From: Raillietiella orientalis
Taxonomy: Eukaryota
Assembly (NCBI GenBank): GCA_036172245.1
Contig: JAYWIR010000001.1
Span: 4,340,001-4,404,000 of the forward strand
Reading direction: 5' to 3'
Length of the DNA stretch: 64,000 nucleotides
The notes under the pieces are model-generated. The model had not been told where the DNA came from, searched no databases, and saw only the letters and a program-made list of their open reading frames with translations. This document shows positions 52,603 to 63,280 of the stretch, piece by piece (position 1 is the first letter of the stretch; each line of letters begins with the position of its first letter). A program made the translations under genes and the position numbers.

Positions 52603-53192
52603 GTGAGTAGGGGGAATTGAGCACTCGGGGCAGGGGGGAGGCCGCTCCTTTCATTCCCGTTCCCCTTGTGGCTCTGCGCTTTTTCGCCTCGATGACCCTT
52701 CCGTCCCCTCCCTCTCTTTCCGTTCCTCTCTTGCACGCCAGCTTCTGTCCCTTAAGCCACTGATAGTCTCCTATTCGGCCCTATGGGGAGGTGGAATCCT
52801 GGAGAAAGGTTAGTAGGGGAGCCTCTTGACGGCGCCCGTTTTCTTCAGCAGGGAGGTGGTAGCGGCAACGCTCCTACTGCACGGCAGGCGTGCTGGAGCG
52901 AGAGGAGGCGCATTAATAAGCTGACATCCCTGCGCGACCGCTTCTCCTTGCTTGCCATGAGGGGTGGGGGTGAGAGGCAAGAGGGGGCAGTCCTTCCACT
53001 TTGCTTGCAGGGGGAGAGGGAGTGCCCCGCCGCGCGCCCCGCGTGGGTAGAGGCCGAAAGAGCGCTTTCCCTGTCCTATTCCCTGTCCCGACTTCCCGTG
53101 TGCAGATCCTGGGGAGCTCCTGCGTGAACCCCCCGAAGAGTTCCAGGGGGGGAGGGGGCGTCCGTCAAGGAGCTTCTTGTTTCTGCCCCCAG

Positions 53193-53280
53193 GTGGAGTG
53201 CAAGAAGGCGCAGCCCAAGGAGGTCATGCTGTCGACGAACCTGGCCCGCGGGAGGGCCGTCGCCGCTAGGGGTGTCTACG
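53193..53280 (+). CDS. msi: msi exon 9 (VECKKAQPKEVMLSTNLARGRAVAARGVY)
   Basis: ttctgcccccag acceptor; G|gtgagt donor in phase 1; 88 nt. Confidence 0.93.
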
Positions 53281-54343
53281 GTGAGTTGCCCTCCATCGCC
53301 ACTGGCCGCCCCAAATAGTGTCTCCTCCTCGCGACCTCCCTGCCGGCCCTTCTCCCGGTCGACCGGCAGCTGAGATGCGCTTGCCGCGCCTCAAGAGCGC
53401 TCCCGTGTTTCCCTCCCTCCCGAATTGCTCTGCCGGCGACCCCACCAACTTCTGCCCCTCTTAGGGGGAGGGGAGAGGGCATCCGTGCAGCTCCGACGAC
53501 CCGAGGACTCTGACGTTCCGCGCAACCCGAGACCGCACGCAGTCACATGGAGCACTCAGTGACCTCCTCTCCGAGAGGCTGTTCTTTCCACATCCCTGCC
53601 ACACCACTCACCCTCTCTCTCGCTTCCCTTCTCTTTACCCCCCTCTTCCCATCCCGCATGCCATGCAGGGAAAAGCCCCCGCACCCACCCCGGCGGGCAA
53701 GGCGGGCGACGACCGTGCTCCCGAAATGACTACCTGGCTCCTCATCCGGGAGAGGGGATGCCGAGAGAGACTGCCCCTGTCTGGTTTTCCCCAGGCCGCC
53801 GTTGTACATGCGTGTACGGCCCGGGCCCTCGTCCTTCAGCCTTGCTGGCGGTCGGCACGCGCCCCCGTATGAGAGCGTCGCATCCGTCCCCAGATTCCCC
53901 CCAACCGTCCCTCTCCCGGAATCAGCGCCACGCCCTGCCTCCTCTCGACCCCAGTCCCCATTTTTGCCGCGCTCCCATTGTTGGTGACTTGTCAGTTTCT
54001 AAAAAATGTCCATTCGTTTCATGGCTGCCAAGACCTGGTGTGGTCGCTGGGAGCTTTCACGGACGGTACGTGACCTCTTTGGTTGTTTGTCAGCAGCGCC
54101 TCCCCTTGCCTTCGTGTGCTTCCTGTAGACAAGCGCGCAGCATCCTCTGGTGGCCTTCCCTCCTCTTCCTCTTCCTCCTCCTCCCTTCTCATCTGCGCAG
54201 ACGCATGGCTTCTGCTTGCGAGTTCCCCGTCCCCTCCCGTTACTGGCGATGCCTCCGGGCGCTTGCCCTTTCCAGATCTTCCTTGGAGAGAGCCGCAGCG
54301 ACAGTAACGACCGCTCCCATCTGATGTGTGCTTCTGCTTTCAG

Positions 54344-54430
54344 GTTTCGCTACCGCCTCTCCTGCTGCTTTCACTGCTTATAACAGAGGGTTTTCGGGAT
54401 ACGCCAGTTTTGGTTTCCCCTATGCAACAG
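54344..54430 (+). CDS. msi: msi exon 10 (GFATASPAAFTAYNRGFSGYASFGFPYAT)
   Basis: ctgctttcag acceptor; CAG|gtaaca donor; phase 1-1; 87 nt; G/Y/F-rich like the post-RRM region of Musashi. Confidence 0.85.
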
Positions 54431-54449
54431 GTAACACACAGACTTTTGG

Positions 54450-54637
54450 TTCTTCCTCCTCTCCTGCTCCTTTTCCCTTCCTCTTCCTTTTCTTCCTCCT
54501 CATATTCTTCCTTTCTTTCTCCTCTCCTTCTTCCTCTTCCCTCTGATACTCTTCCTCATCATCATCATCATCATACTCATACTTCCCTTCCCCCTCCTCT
54601 TCTTCCTCCTCCTCTTCCTCGCTTCCTCCTTTTTTCC
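54450..54637. repeat. (CTT/CCT/CAT)n low-complexity tract just downstream of exon 10
   Basis: Directly visible. Confidence 0.9.
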
Positions 54638-56149
54638 GGAGTTCTGGTGTCAGGGATGGTGCCACATGCGCTAAGCCGAACCTCACACGGAAGGGGAATG
54701 GGTGAGGGGCCGACGAATGGACGCCACAGTAGCGCTCCTGGAGGCGGCGGCAGCATCGTTTCCTCTTTCCTGCCTTTTCCAAACTTACGCGGCTGGTCGC
54801 GCTCGAGAGCACGCATTCGGAAGGAAGGGAGGGTCCCGTTGCAAGGGTACATGGAGGAAGGCGCCACCTTCTCCCGGCGTCCCCTTCCTTGACCTTGCCC
54901 CGCCGACGTCGAGGCACGAGGGAAGGACACGCCCGGTCTTCGACTTTCCTTCTCTGAGCTTTCCTCCTCGTCATCTCTTAGCCCCCTTAAGAACGCTTAG
55001 GACGAAAAGGAGGACGAAGGTCCCCCCCTTCGTCGTCGGCCTCCTCAGCTGACGATCTTCGTGAGAGCGCGGTGCTCCCTGGTCTCCCTTCCAAGTCACC
55101 TGCGCCCCCCTTTTTTTCCCTCCCCCTCGCCCGCGGATTGCGCCATACAAGACGGCGCTGGTAGACGCCAGCGACCCGTGACCCGCCCTCTTCCTCTCCA
55201 GCGCGAAGCTGACCCTCGAAGGACTCAGAAAGAGTTGAATAAAGCATTCTGAAGGTGCCATCTGTGTGTTTATTTCTTCCCTCAGACTCCTTGCTCCATC
55301 TGCCTTTCTATCCTCCAAGCGCTAGACCGGACGCCGCTTCAGAATTCCTCTCCGATCAGCTCCCGGGACTTACGTTCAACGCACAAGACCACCCAGATAC
55401 CTGCGTTGGATGTGGGTCCTGGGTTGCCCCCACAACAGGAGCCGGACTTTCGGCATACCGACCTGCGTGTCGGGGATCCCACCCCCTTCGCCTCTTGTTT
55501 GTCCCTTTGTCCAGGAACTCTGTTCCCGGATAGTTTTTTGATAAACGCCCCGGCGCACCCGGGTGATAAACAACAGGAGTGGGCATGAGTGTCCCCTCCT
55601 CGTGGCCGGGAGTTTCCCTTGAGCCGTCCATTGAGGTTTCGTCCGGCGTTCGTTTCCCTTCCAGACCCATGCGGCGAGGAAAGTAGGCTGAGAAAAGGGG
55701 CGGGCTGGAGATGGACTTTTTCCCTCTCGCGTGGGCGCACCGTATCCTTGCAGTTGGGTCGCAGTCAGCAAAGTCTTCGTAGGGTTCTTCCCGCCGCCTC
55801 CCCTGCCACAGCCGATCCTTGTCATCTCTGTGGTGGCGCCATCGTTGCGACTTCCCTGCTGCTTCGCTCGGAGCGCACGAACCCGCGCCTTTCACTTCCC
55901 GCGAGCGCAGGCAACAGACTCCGACTACAGGAGTCCTGCGGCCACTGCAGTAGTCGATTCGTCTCCTCCCACCCCCCCTTTCCCCTCCCTCCTCTTGTTA
56001 TTTTTCCTGGATTTGCCGACTCGGTTGCGGCGCCTTGGCCAGCGAGTGCCAACGCAGCAGCGCCTTCTGCGCAGAGTCACGAGTTGGAGTGATTCTACGC
56101 CGCTCCCTTACCCCTGGATGTCTGGCCACCCAAGATCGTTCCCATGCGG

Positions 56150-56800
56150 AGCGCGGTTCTTCCTCGCGGGGAACGCCAGCAGCGTCACCGCAGCTCTCCA
56201 GCCCTTGGTTGACTTCTTGCTACTCTGCCATGGGCGTCATCCCCCTCGCGGTCCAGGAGGAACCGACCGGGAGGATCTGGGAGGCTGCTGCCGCTCGTGA
56301 AGGGAGAAGACTATAGTTCTCTCCCTGCTTGCGGAAGCGCCGCTCTGGTTCACTAGGGCGCCACTCTCCCTCGGAAATGGTACAGTACGGTATGCGGCTG
56401 GTGCACATGGGTCTCTCCTTCCGCTTTCTGTGCGGGAATGGGGAGCGAGGTTAGGAGGAGGTGCGCTTCTCTGCGAGCGGCTCGCAGATCTCTGCAGCCT
56501 CTGGACCATCCCATGGGTGGGGCTCATACTGCAGCAAGGAGCTCTCCTCTGCGAGCACGCTTCGAGAAAGGGGTGGCGCAGGAGCTACGGCGAGGAAGAG
56601 CGCACGACATGGGGCGCTTGCGCGCCGTGGCAACGGTGCTGCGGGATTGAGTATACTCGGCTCAGACCTGCCCTCTGGGATCGCCAGTGCGTAAGTCATG
56701 CAGTGGTCTCTCGTACGCAGCATGCAGACCGCCGCCTCGTCTTCCGCCCTTGTCACCTCTCCTCTCGTCGGGAGGGCTCTCCTCCCTCCCTCTCCTGCCT
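56150..56800 (+). mobile_element. Decayed Ty3/Gypsy RNase H (intron 10)
   Basis: LQPLVDFL; VGLILQQGALLCEHASRKGWRRSYGEEER (~IGAVL.Q.G..IAYASRK...NYS..EKE). Confidence 0.55.
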
Positions 56801-57079
56801 TGTTGTTAGGGCGCATCCCAGGCGATGCTGAGCTAGGCGGCCTGACTCATTGAGCACCGTGTGTTATCTCGCGATGACCTGAGCCTTCTTTCTTTTCTTT
56901 CCTCTCCCTTCCCCCCCCCCCACACACACACACACATCTGACTTTCCCTGCCATTGACACGCAGCAAGCCGGCTTTCTGGGGAGGCGGCATCGCACCAGG
57001 GTACGGGGAGACTGCCGCTCATGGGATAAGGGCGGGACCTCGCCCTGAGGGCACTGCCGACGAGGAAATTCTGTTGCAG

Positions 57080-57403
57080 GTTACCAGGCGGCTTACTTTC
57101 CTGCGGCGGTTTCGCCCGCTGCCGCAGCGGCCGCCGCCGCCGCCGCCGCCCACGCGGTGCTGGCGGAAGGCAGCAGTGGGGGGGGAAGTCCCGCCGCCAC
57201 TGCGCCTCTTCCCAACGTCCATGGAGGTAGCCCTCCAGATGGAAGGACCAGGACAACCTACTATGGCTACCCCACTTCCCTGTCTCCCGCGGCTGCGGCG
57301 ACCATGCCGGTCAGCGTGCCCGCTAAAAGCGATGCGGGGTCTCCGTGCATCCAGCAGCTGCGCGACCAGGCGACGACGTTTGTCGACTCGCCAAGGAGCA
57401 CAG
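57080..57403 (+). CDS. msi: msi exon 11 (GYQAAYFPAAVSP-Ala11-HAVLAEG...DQATTFVDSPRST)
   Basis: ttctgttgcag acceptor; CAG|gtgagt donor; 324 nt, open frame, phase 1-1; poly-Ala tract as in Musashi C-terminal regions. Confidence 0.75.
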
Positions 57404-58869
57404 GTGAGTGCCCGCACGCGCCGCCCAGGTCACTCCCTGCTGGACTCCTCTCTCCTCTCCCCGCGTCTCCTCCAGCCTGTGCTCCGTATGGAAGGGCTGT
57501 TTCTCCCCTGCAGAGTCCCGCAAGCGCCCTCGGGGCGATTGTTCCCCCTAGAGCAGAGGACAGCCTTCCTGCGTTCTCCCCTCTATCCTCTTGGCGCACC
57601 CAAGCGCCTCCCGGCAACGCCCAGGTGCACGAGAGAGATGAGCCGGCGGTCGGCAGCAGGGTCATGGGTCGCTCCCCCTCCTGACCACCCGGCTAAAGAG
57701 TCGGGGCGCGATGTGCAGGAGAGACGGGGAAGGAGGAAGGCGGGAGGACAGCTGGAGCGGGAGTTTGCCAGGGGTTTGCCCGAAACCAGGAGAGCGACCG
57801 GGAGCGGACACACCCCTGCCGATTATGCCCCACAGCTTGCAACTGTCGCGGGCAGCGCTATTCCTTCCAGAAACTCACTGTGCGTCTCTCTTCCAGTCGA
57901 GGTGACCATCGCCAGCGGGCAGGTCGGCGAAGCGGAAGGCGCTAAGCGGATTTCACAGGCCCTGCAAGGTTTGTGGTTCTCGTGACTTCCTTCTCCTCCT
58001 TTTCCGTCTTCCCCCCTTCCTCCCTCCCTCCCTCCCTCCCTCCTCCTCCTCCTCCTCCTCCTTTCTCCAATGCGGAAAGGCGTCGCCCGCGCCATGACCG
58101 GTCTTCACCTGGAAGGCGTCGCCGAACCTCTCGGCTGGACACAGCCTCCCGAGAGGAAGTCCGAGAACCGTCTGCGGTCAGCGACGTCCCTCTGCGCTCG
58201 TTTCTCGCCTCCCAGGCGCCATCCTGAGACGTGTCTTTCCAGGACCCGAGATCCGGGGAAACGCCTCCCCGAAGGATCACCGCGGGACGTGGTCCCCGTC
58301 TACCGGGCGCGTCCGTTCGACCTTCCTCGCTGAAGGACTTGCCATTCCCTTCGCCCTCCCTGTCCTTCCGAAAGCTCTTCCGCGTTCGCGCTCACGTCTG
58401 CACGAGGGTTCCTTGGGGTTGCTGGCCCTGGTCCACTCGTGCCACGCAAAGTAAGTCTCCCTCTCAGAGAGGGCGCCTGGGGCTCCCTTCCGACAGGGCA
58501 ATGCGGAACGGCGTTCGCTCGCAAAGCAGTAGTAGGCCCTCCTCCCTCTCCTCTCCCATCGGATCTCTGCTGCGGGCGCTGGCCGTGAGTCGCCGCCATC
58601 GCGTTTCCTGCAAAGGGAACAACGAAGAATTCGCCCTTCTCCTCTGCCCTTGCCGTCGCGGTGCCAGCGCCTCTCGTGGCTGGAAGAAGAGATTCTTCCT
58701 GTGGAGCAGAGCGCGCGCCCGGCAATTGGCGGCCACCGCGACGTCAGCAAAAAACCTGGGGCTGCTCCAGCAACCGCTTCTTCTCTTTCCCCCTCTTCCT
58801 GTCCCCCCTCAGCGCGGTGCGCTGGCAGCGCACCCGGAATCTTCGTCACTCCTTTTAGTCGTCTCGATG

Positions 58870-59780
58870 CCTACCAGCCATCACCTTTCCTCCCGGAGGA
58901 GCACCCTCACTTGCCTCTGTGTCTGGGTGCGCATGAGCCGCGCGCGGGTCTGCAGTCGTGCCGCACGGTGCGGAGTTTGTTGAGTCCGCTTCACTGAGTC
59001 ATCGCGCTCGTGCGCCATACGTCAGTCGATCGTCGGAGACGAGAAGAAACGCAGTGTTGCCAGACAGCACTGGTGCCGCTCTTCCGTCCAGGCAATCCTT
59101 GCCTAAGGCCTCTTTCGCGAAGGTTTTTACGTTTTCATGAGCACCTCACAACTTATGCCTCGTCTGCGTGGGTTGCGTGCGTGTATGCGTGCGTTGCGTG
59201 AGAAAGGATTTCCTTCTCTGGGACGAAGTTCACGCGAATGTTCCTGAGGCACTGGGATGAAAGACGTGGTCCGTCAAGGTGGTACGAGAGTGATGCCGAT
59301 GAATGGGATGCACGCAGGAGGTGTCCTGAGTTTCTGGAGGACATGGTGAGGCGCACGGGCGGTCCCAGATTCCCTCAATGGGCACATCTCCTCTTCTCTT
59401 CCCTACCCTCCCTCTCCCTTTCCCTCCAGTGTCGTTCGGCGACGGCACTCCGAGTCCGATGTCCCTTATACTGGTATCCCTGACAGACGCTTCGCTAAAT
59501 GGCGGTGAAGAAGCCATCTGCAGACTGTTGTCGTTGTTGCTGCCGCCCACCGGAGGACGTCGGGAAAGCAGAGTCATTGTTTACCTCTGCAGATCGCCTT
59601 TTGCAGACCATCTGCGTCTTTCGTTGGTGCATCGGTTGCTCGCGGGGTGCACGACTTCCGTCGTCTCGAAGCTCTTGCGGGTGCTCCTCGGCGTGGAGCT
59701 GTCAGAGTCCTCGTGGACAGGCGCCTTGCTGCATGATCCATTAACGAGCCGCGGGTAACCGCCGCGGTCTCCGACTTTCA
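58870..59780 (+). mobile_element. Decayed integrase (intron 11)
   Basis: HHLSS...CVWVRM...RCGVC (HHCC-like), VSKLLRVLLGVE, LHDPLTSRG (~YHPQTNG). Confidence 0.5.
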
Positions 59781-61288
59781 TTCAAGTCGAATCACCGACT
59801 CGCAAACGCGGAGCCTCACGTAATCAAGGTGAGAGTGGTTGCTAGGGACGGAGGTTGTTTGGGCTGTTTTCGCGAACTCTGGAGGAGCAGCAGCAGCCGC
59901 GCAAAGCGAGTCGAGGGGCGCCATTAAGGCACGGAAAGGAGGACTCGCGCGTCGCTTATTGCAAGACCTCACTCAGTCGAACTCGGAAAGCTCTGGAGCT
60001 CCGACGCTCGCTCTGGGCCTGCGGAACTGCGTTCGTGCGCTCGTAGCCCACGGCGCGGAAGGATGGCACACACACTCACACCGTGACCTTAGCGATCAGC
60101 ACGGACCACCGTCAGACAAGGGAGATGCACCCGCGTCCCGAAACCCTTCTCTGGAAGGTGCGCCTCGGATTCAGCTCGATGCGCTTCTCTCTCCTCCAGG
60201 GAAGCTTCCAGACTCGCTCACGAGCTCTTCCTGCCCGCGGGATTCACCAGTCGTGCAGTCTGCGTTTCCGATCTTTGCTTTTTGCTCCGACAGTGAGAAA
60301 GAAACATAACTCCCTCAATCGAGCTTTTTCTCTGCCTTGACCGAATCCTGGAGGGGAAAGGATGTGATGGCAAAGAGCCTTTCCTCTTCTCGGTTCGATA
60401 GAGGCCGTTCTGGCTCTCGACGTTTCGCTTACCTCCAGTGATTCTCGGTTCCAGCGGGAATGAGAAGGGGAAAGCGAAACTCGTGCGTACGATGGTTGAC
60501 ACTGAGAACAAAACTTGGACGGCTCCAGCGACTGCACCTCCCATTTTTCCCTCTCCCTCCCTTCTCTCTCTTTCTCTCTCTTTCTCTCTCTCTCTCCCTA
60601 GCACCGTGTGCTAGGGGGCGTATCCGAATCTCCTTAACCCTTCCAGCTGTTCTCTGACACTAACCACCTTTTATCCCAGAGGAGCACCCCTACTCGCCTT
60701 TGAGGTGCTGACCTGAGATCCTAAAATCCCAAGGTCCCTTCTTTTGAAGTAAGAAATTCAATTTTTCTTCGGAATGACTCGCCATTGTCCAAGATGACGT
60801 TCGGACTTGAGTCTCTCTTGCTTGTATGCTGTTTGCATTCGTGTCGCTTCCCTGCAGTCCATTTCTCTCCTCTCTCTCTCTCTCAGACAATCCTTTCTTT
60901 TGCCAATGGATTTGCCTCAAGAGCACCGACGCGTTCCTTCGCGCTGCCAGATACCGGGTGACTTATCTGTCGGGAGCCGGTCCATTATTGCCATGTGTGC
61001 ACACTCCTTTACAACCGAACAGCCTGTGCACGAGCGTGGATGTGCTCGCATCTGCATGTATCCATGTGCGAAAAGCAAGCTGACGATTGTGCGACCTCAT
61101 GCACACACGTAGCCGGAGCCCACGCAAAAGGCGCGCGCTGGATCGCACGAAGAGCGTCGAAATTGGATTCTCCCGTTCTTTCTGCCAGCCGCCCCGCAAT
61201 AAAACTCTAGGGCCGAACGCGGAATTCCTCTCGAATTAACGAAACACATTGTTGCGGGCTGGGAGCCATAAATAAACGTCTATTCATA

Positions 61289-61492
61289 GCCTGCGCGCGA
61301 GGCGGTTTGGCCTGCGCGCCAGGCGGTTTCGCCCGAGCGCCAGGCGGTTTCGCCCGGGCGCCAGGCGGTTTCGCCCGAGCGCCAGGTGGTCTAGCCCGGG
61401 CGCCAGGCGGTTTCTCCCGAGCGCCAGGCGGTTTCGCCTGCGGGCGAAACGGTTTAGCCTGCTCTCCAGGAGGTTTTGCCCGAGCGCCAGGC
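61289..61492. repeat. 21-bp minisatellite, about 9.7 copies (consensus gcccgagcgccaggcggtttc)
   Basis: Directly visible tandem units. Confidence 0.97.
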
Positions 61493-61856
61493 AGGCTGCT
61501 CAGGACACCCGTAACCGGCGTTTGAACCTCCTCCCGCGTTCGTAAATTGTGGTAAGTCCGCCACATTCCGGATCCACGCGAAACGAGCCATGGCTGCTTT
61601 CTCCCTGCAGTGAAACTTATGAATCACTGCCATGAGCATCCGCAACAGAAACACTTCCGCAAGAACAACTACCGGCTTCCGAGTCGTCAGCTCGCGCCAG
61701 TGCTGCCAGCTGCACGATCGGAATCCCCGGCCTCCGAAAGTCCCGCGCCGAGTCTTCGTGGAGTGGCGGGCAAGCTTGTGTGTGCCTAATTCGTATGATC
61801 GGCTAATTTTTGCAGGCCCTCGCCTTCCGTAAATTATGTGCAATTAATACATGCAG

Positions 61857-62047
61857 CCGTCTTTCCAGTCATGAACAGCTACCCCCAGCCGTTCGCATCG
61901 GCGATTTCTCCTACAAGCTGTCGGCTGTACTCGGACGCAAGTTCTCCTGCACCCATGGACGTGTACTCGTCGCCTGCGGACGGACTGAGTTACGCTCAAG
62001 CTGCCAGCCCACAGCCTCCCGGTTTCTCGGCCATCACCGTGAACAGA
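61857..62047 (+). CDS. msi: msi exon 12 (AVFPVMNSYPQPF...ASSPAPMDVYSSPADGLSYAQAASPQPPGFSAITVNR); may start at 61869
   Basis: SSPAPMDVY...SYAQAASPQPPGF resembles the Musashi SPGPMAELY...SYISAASPAPSTGF block; AGA|gtaaca donor in phase 0; two in-frame acceptors. Confidence 0.85.
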
Positions 62048-62436
62048 GTAACAGAACTCACTGTTTGTATCAAAAGTTTCTGCTGTCCTGTGATTCTTCC
62101 TGCTTCGCGGGAAATCCGATGCGTGATCTTTTTCGAAACTGCGTCTCCCCCCCCCCCTCCCCCACCCACCCGTGATTCCCGTGGCGGCGAATTTGGAAAG
62201 GCGGCATTTGTCTGCTCCTTCCGGATCCCTGCTTCCGCATCCCTCTTCTCCCCGTAGCTTTCCCAGCAATGCTGGCCTTCTCGATGAGAAATACCGACGG
62301 GAGGAATGCGAGTGAAGGCGGCTAATGGATTTTCCTGTTAGTGCATTCCACGTGTCGTCTTCCCAGAAGCACGTTCTCCTTCGATGGAAACACCTTTTGG
62401 TCCCTCCGTGAATTGTTCGTTATTGTGTGTGTTGTT

Positions 62437-62437
62437 C

Positions 62438-62468
<31 letters not shown>

Positions 62469-62477
62469 CGCGTGTGT
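62437..62477. repeat. Compound (GT)n(GC)n alternating purine-pyrimidine tract
   Basis: Directly visible. Confidence 0.95.
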
Positions 62478-63244
62478 TTTTGCTCTTCGTGAAAGCTCCC
62501 GAAAAGGAAATCACAGCTTTGCTGTTTTGTTTGTTTTCTTTTTCTATCGGCTTGCTTTTCGTTTTACGTGTGCGCGCTTCGCCCGCTGCCCCGTGGTCCC
62601 CTCCCCTCCCCCTCTTGTGCACCGGTTGTGGAACCAGGTGGCCGGTTGGGAATTTTCGTGGACTCCTGCCCCCCACCCGAGAGCAGTTCGTGCGCGCTGC
62701 AGCGGCACCCCCGCCTTCGTGCAGAAAGACCACGGAGAGACCACCGCCGAATCAGAAGCTGTTTGCTACGCAGCTTCCCACGAAAGTTTCACGGCCCCCG
62801 GCGGATTTGCAGAGCGTCTCTTCCTTGAGAAAAAATTGCTCTCGGTGGCTCAGTCTATGGCGCCTGCAACGTCGCAAGTGTCCCCCTCCCCCTTCCCTTT
62901 GTTCCTTTGCTCTCCCGCCGTTCGCACCCGTGGTGAACCGTCATCGGATGCGTGGATGGTCACGAATAAAGTCCGCAAGGCGCCCAGGGCACCGGGGCCC
63001 GCAGAGAGAGGGAGGAGGGGGGAGGAGGAGCGTGTGTGTTGCCTGGGGCTGCCGCCCCGGTAACACACACAGTTGAGTGTTGCGGGCGCTTGCTGAGTCC
63101 AGTTGAGGAAAAAGATCCCGAATCAGACGTCTCCCTCTCTGGCGGGGCAACTCGCAGATCCGACCTCCGTGGCCGGAAGCGCCCTTGTGATCTGTCGCTC
63201 TGTTTCAGTGTCCCGAAATCAAAGATCACTGCGTGCTCTTGCAG

Positions 63245-63280
63245 CCTCTGATTGCTACTGCTTTCAGCGGATACCATTAA
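63245..63280 (+). CDS. msi: msi last coding exon (PLIATAFSGYH*)
   Basis: gctcttgcag acceptor in phase 0; matches the Musashi C-terminus GPLIATAFTNGYH; TAA at 63278-63280. Confidence 0.93.
   Translation, partial: PLIATAFSGYH

Larger units (their letters stand above)
21148..63280 (+). other. msi: Musashi-family RNA-binding protein gene, whole coding span (13 coding exons, about 425-429 aa)
   Basis: Manually spliced product: RRM1 ([48 protein letters not shown]...IDPKIAFPRKAHPK), RRM2 ([14 protein letters not shown]...[43 protein letters not shown]) and C-terminus PLIATAFSGYH*. These are recognisable Musashi signatures. All junctions are GT-AG and phase-compatible. Confidence 0.95.

Noticed and set aside
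7220..59210. Su(H)/CSL sites (YGTGRGAA) and CAGCTG E-boxes as Notch or proneural input
   Set aside because: They are scattered, unpaired and no more frequent than chance in 64 kb.
700..59780. Sense-strand bias of retroelement relics
   Set aside because: Minus-strand relics exist (4.8, 7.2-8.8, 23 and 27.6 kb) and my reading favoured the + strand.
61289..61492. CRISPR array
   Set aside because: Units are contiguous with no unique spacers, there are no cas genes, and the context is eukaryotic.
62342..63076. Alternative long terminal exon in frame with exon 12
   Set aside because: The frame runs through the (GT)n repeat and has no Musashi similarity, while the conserved terminal exon is present at 63245.
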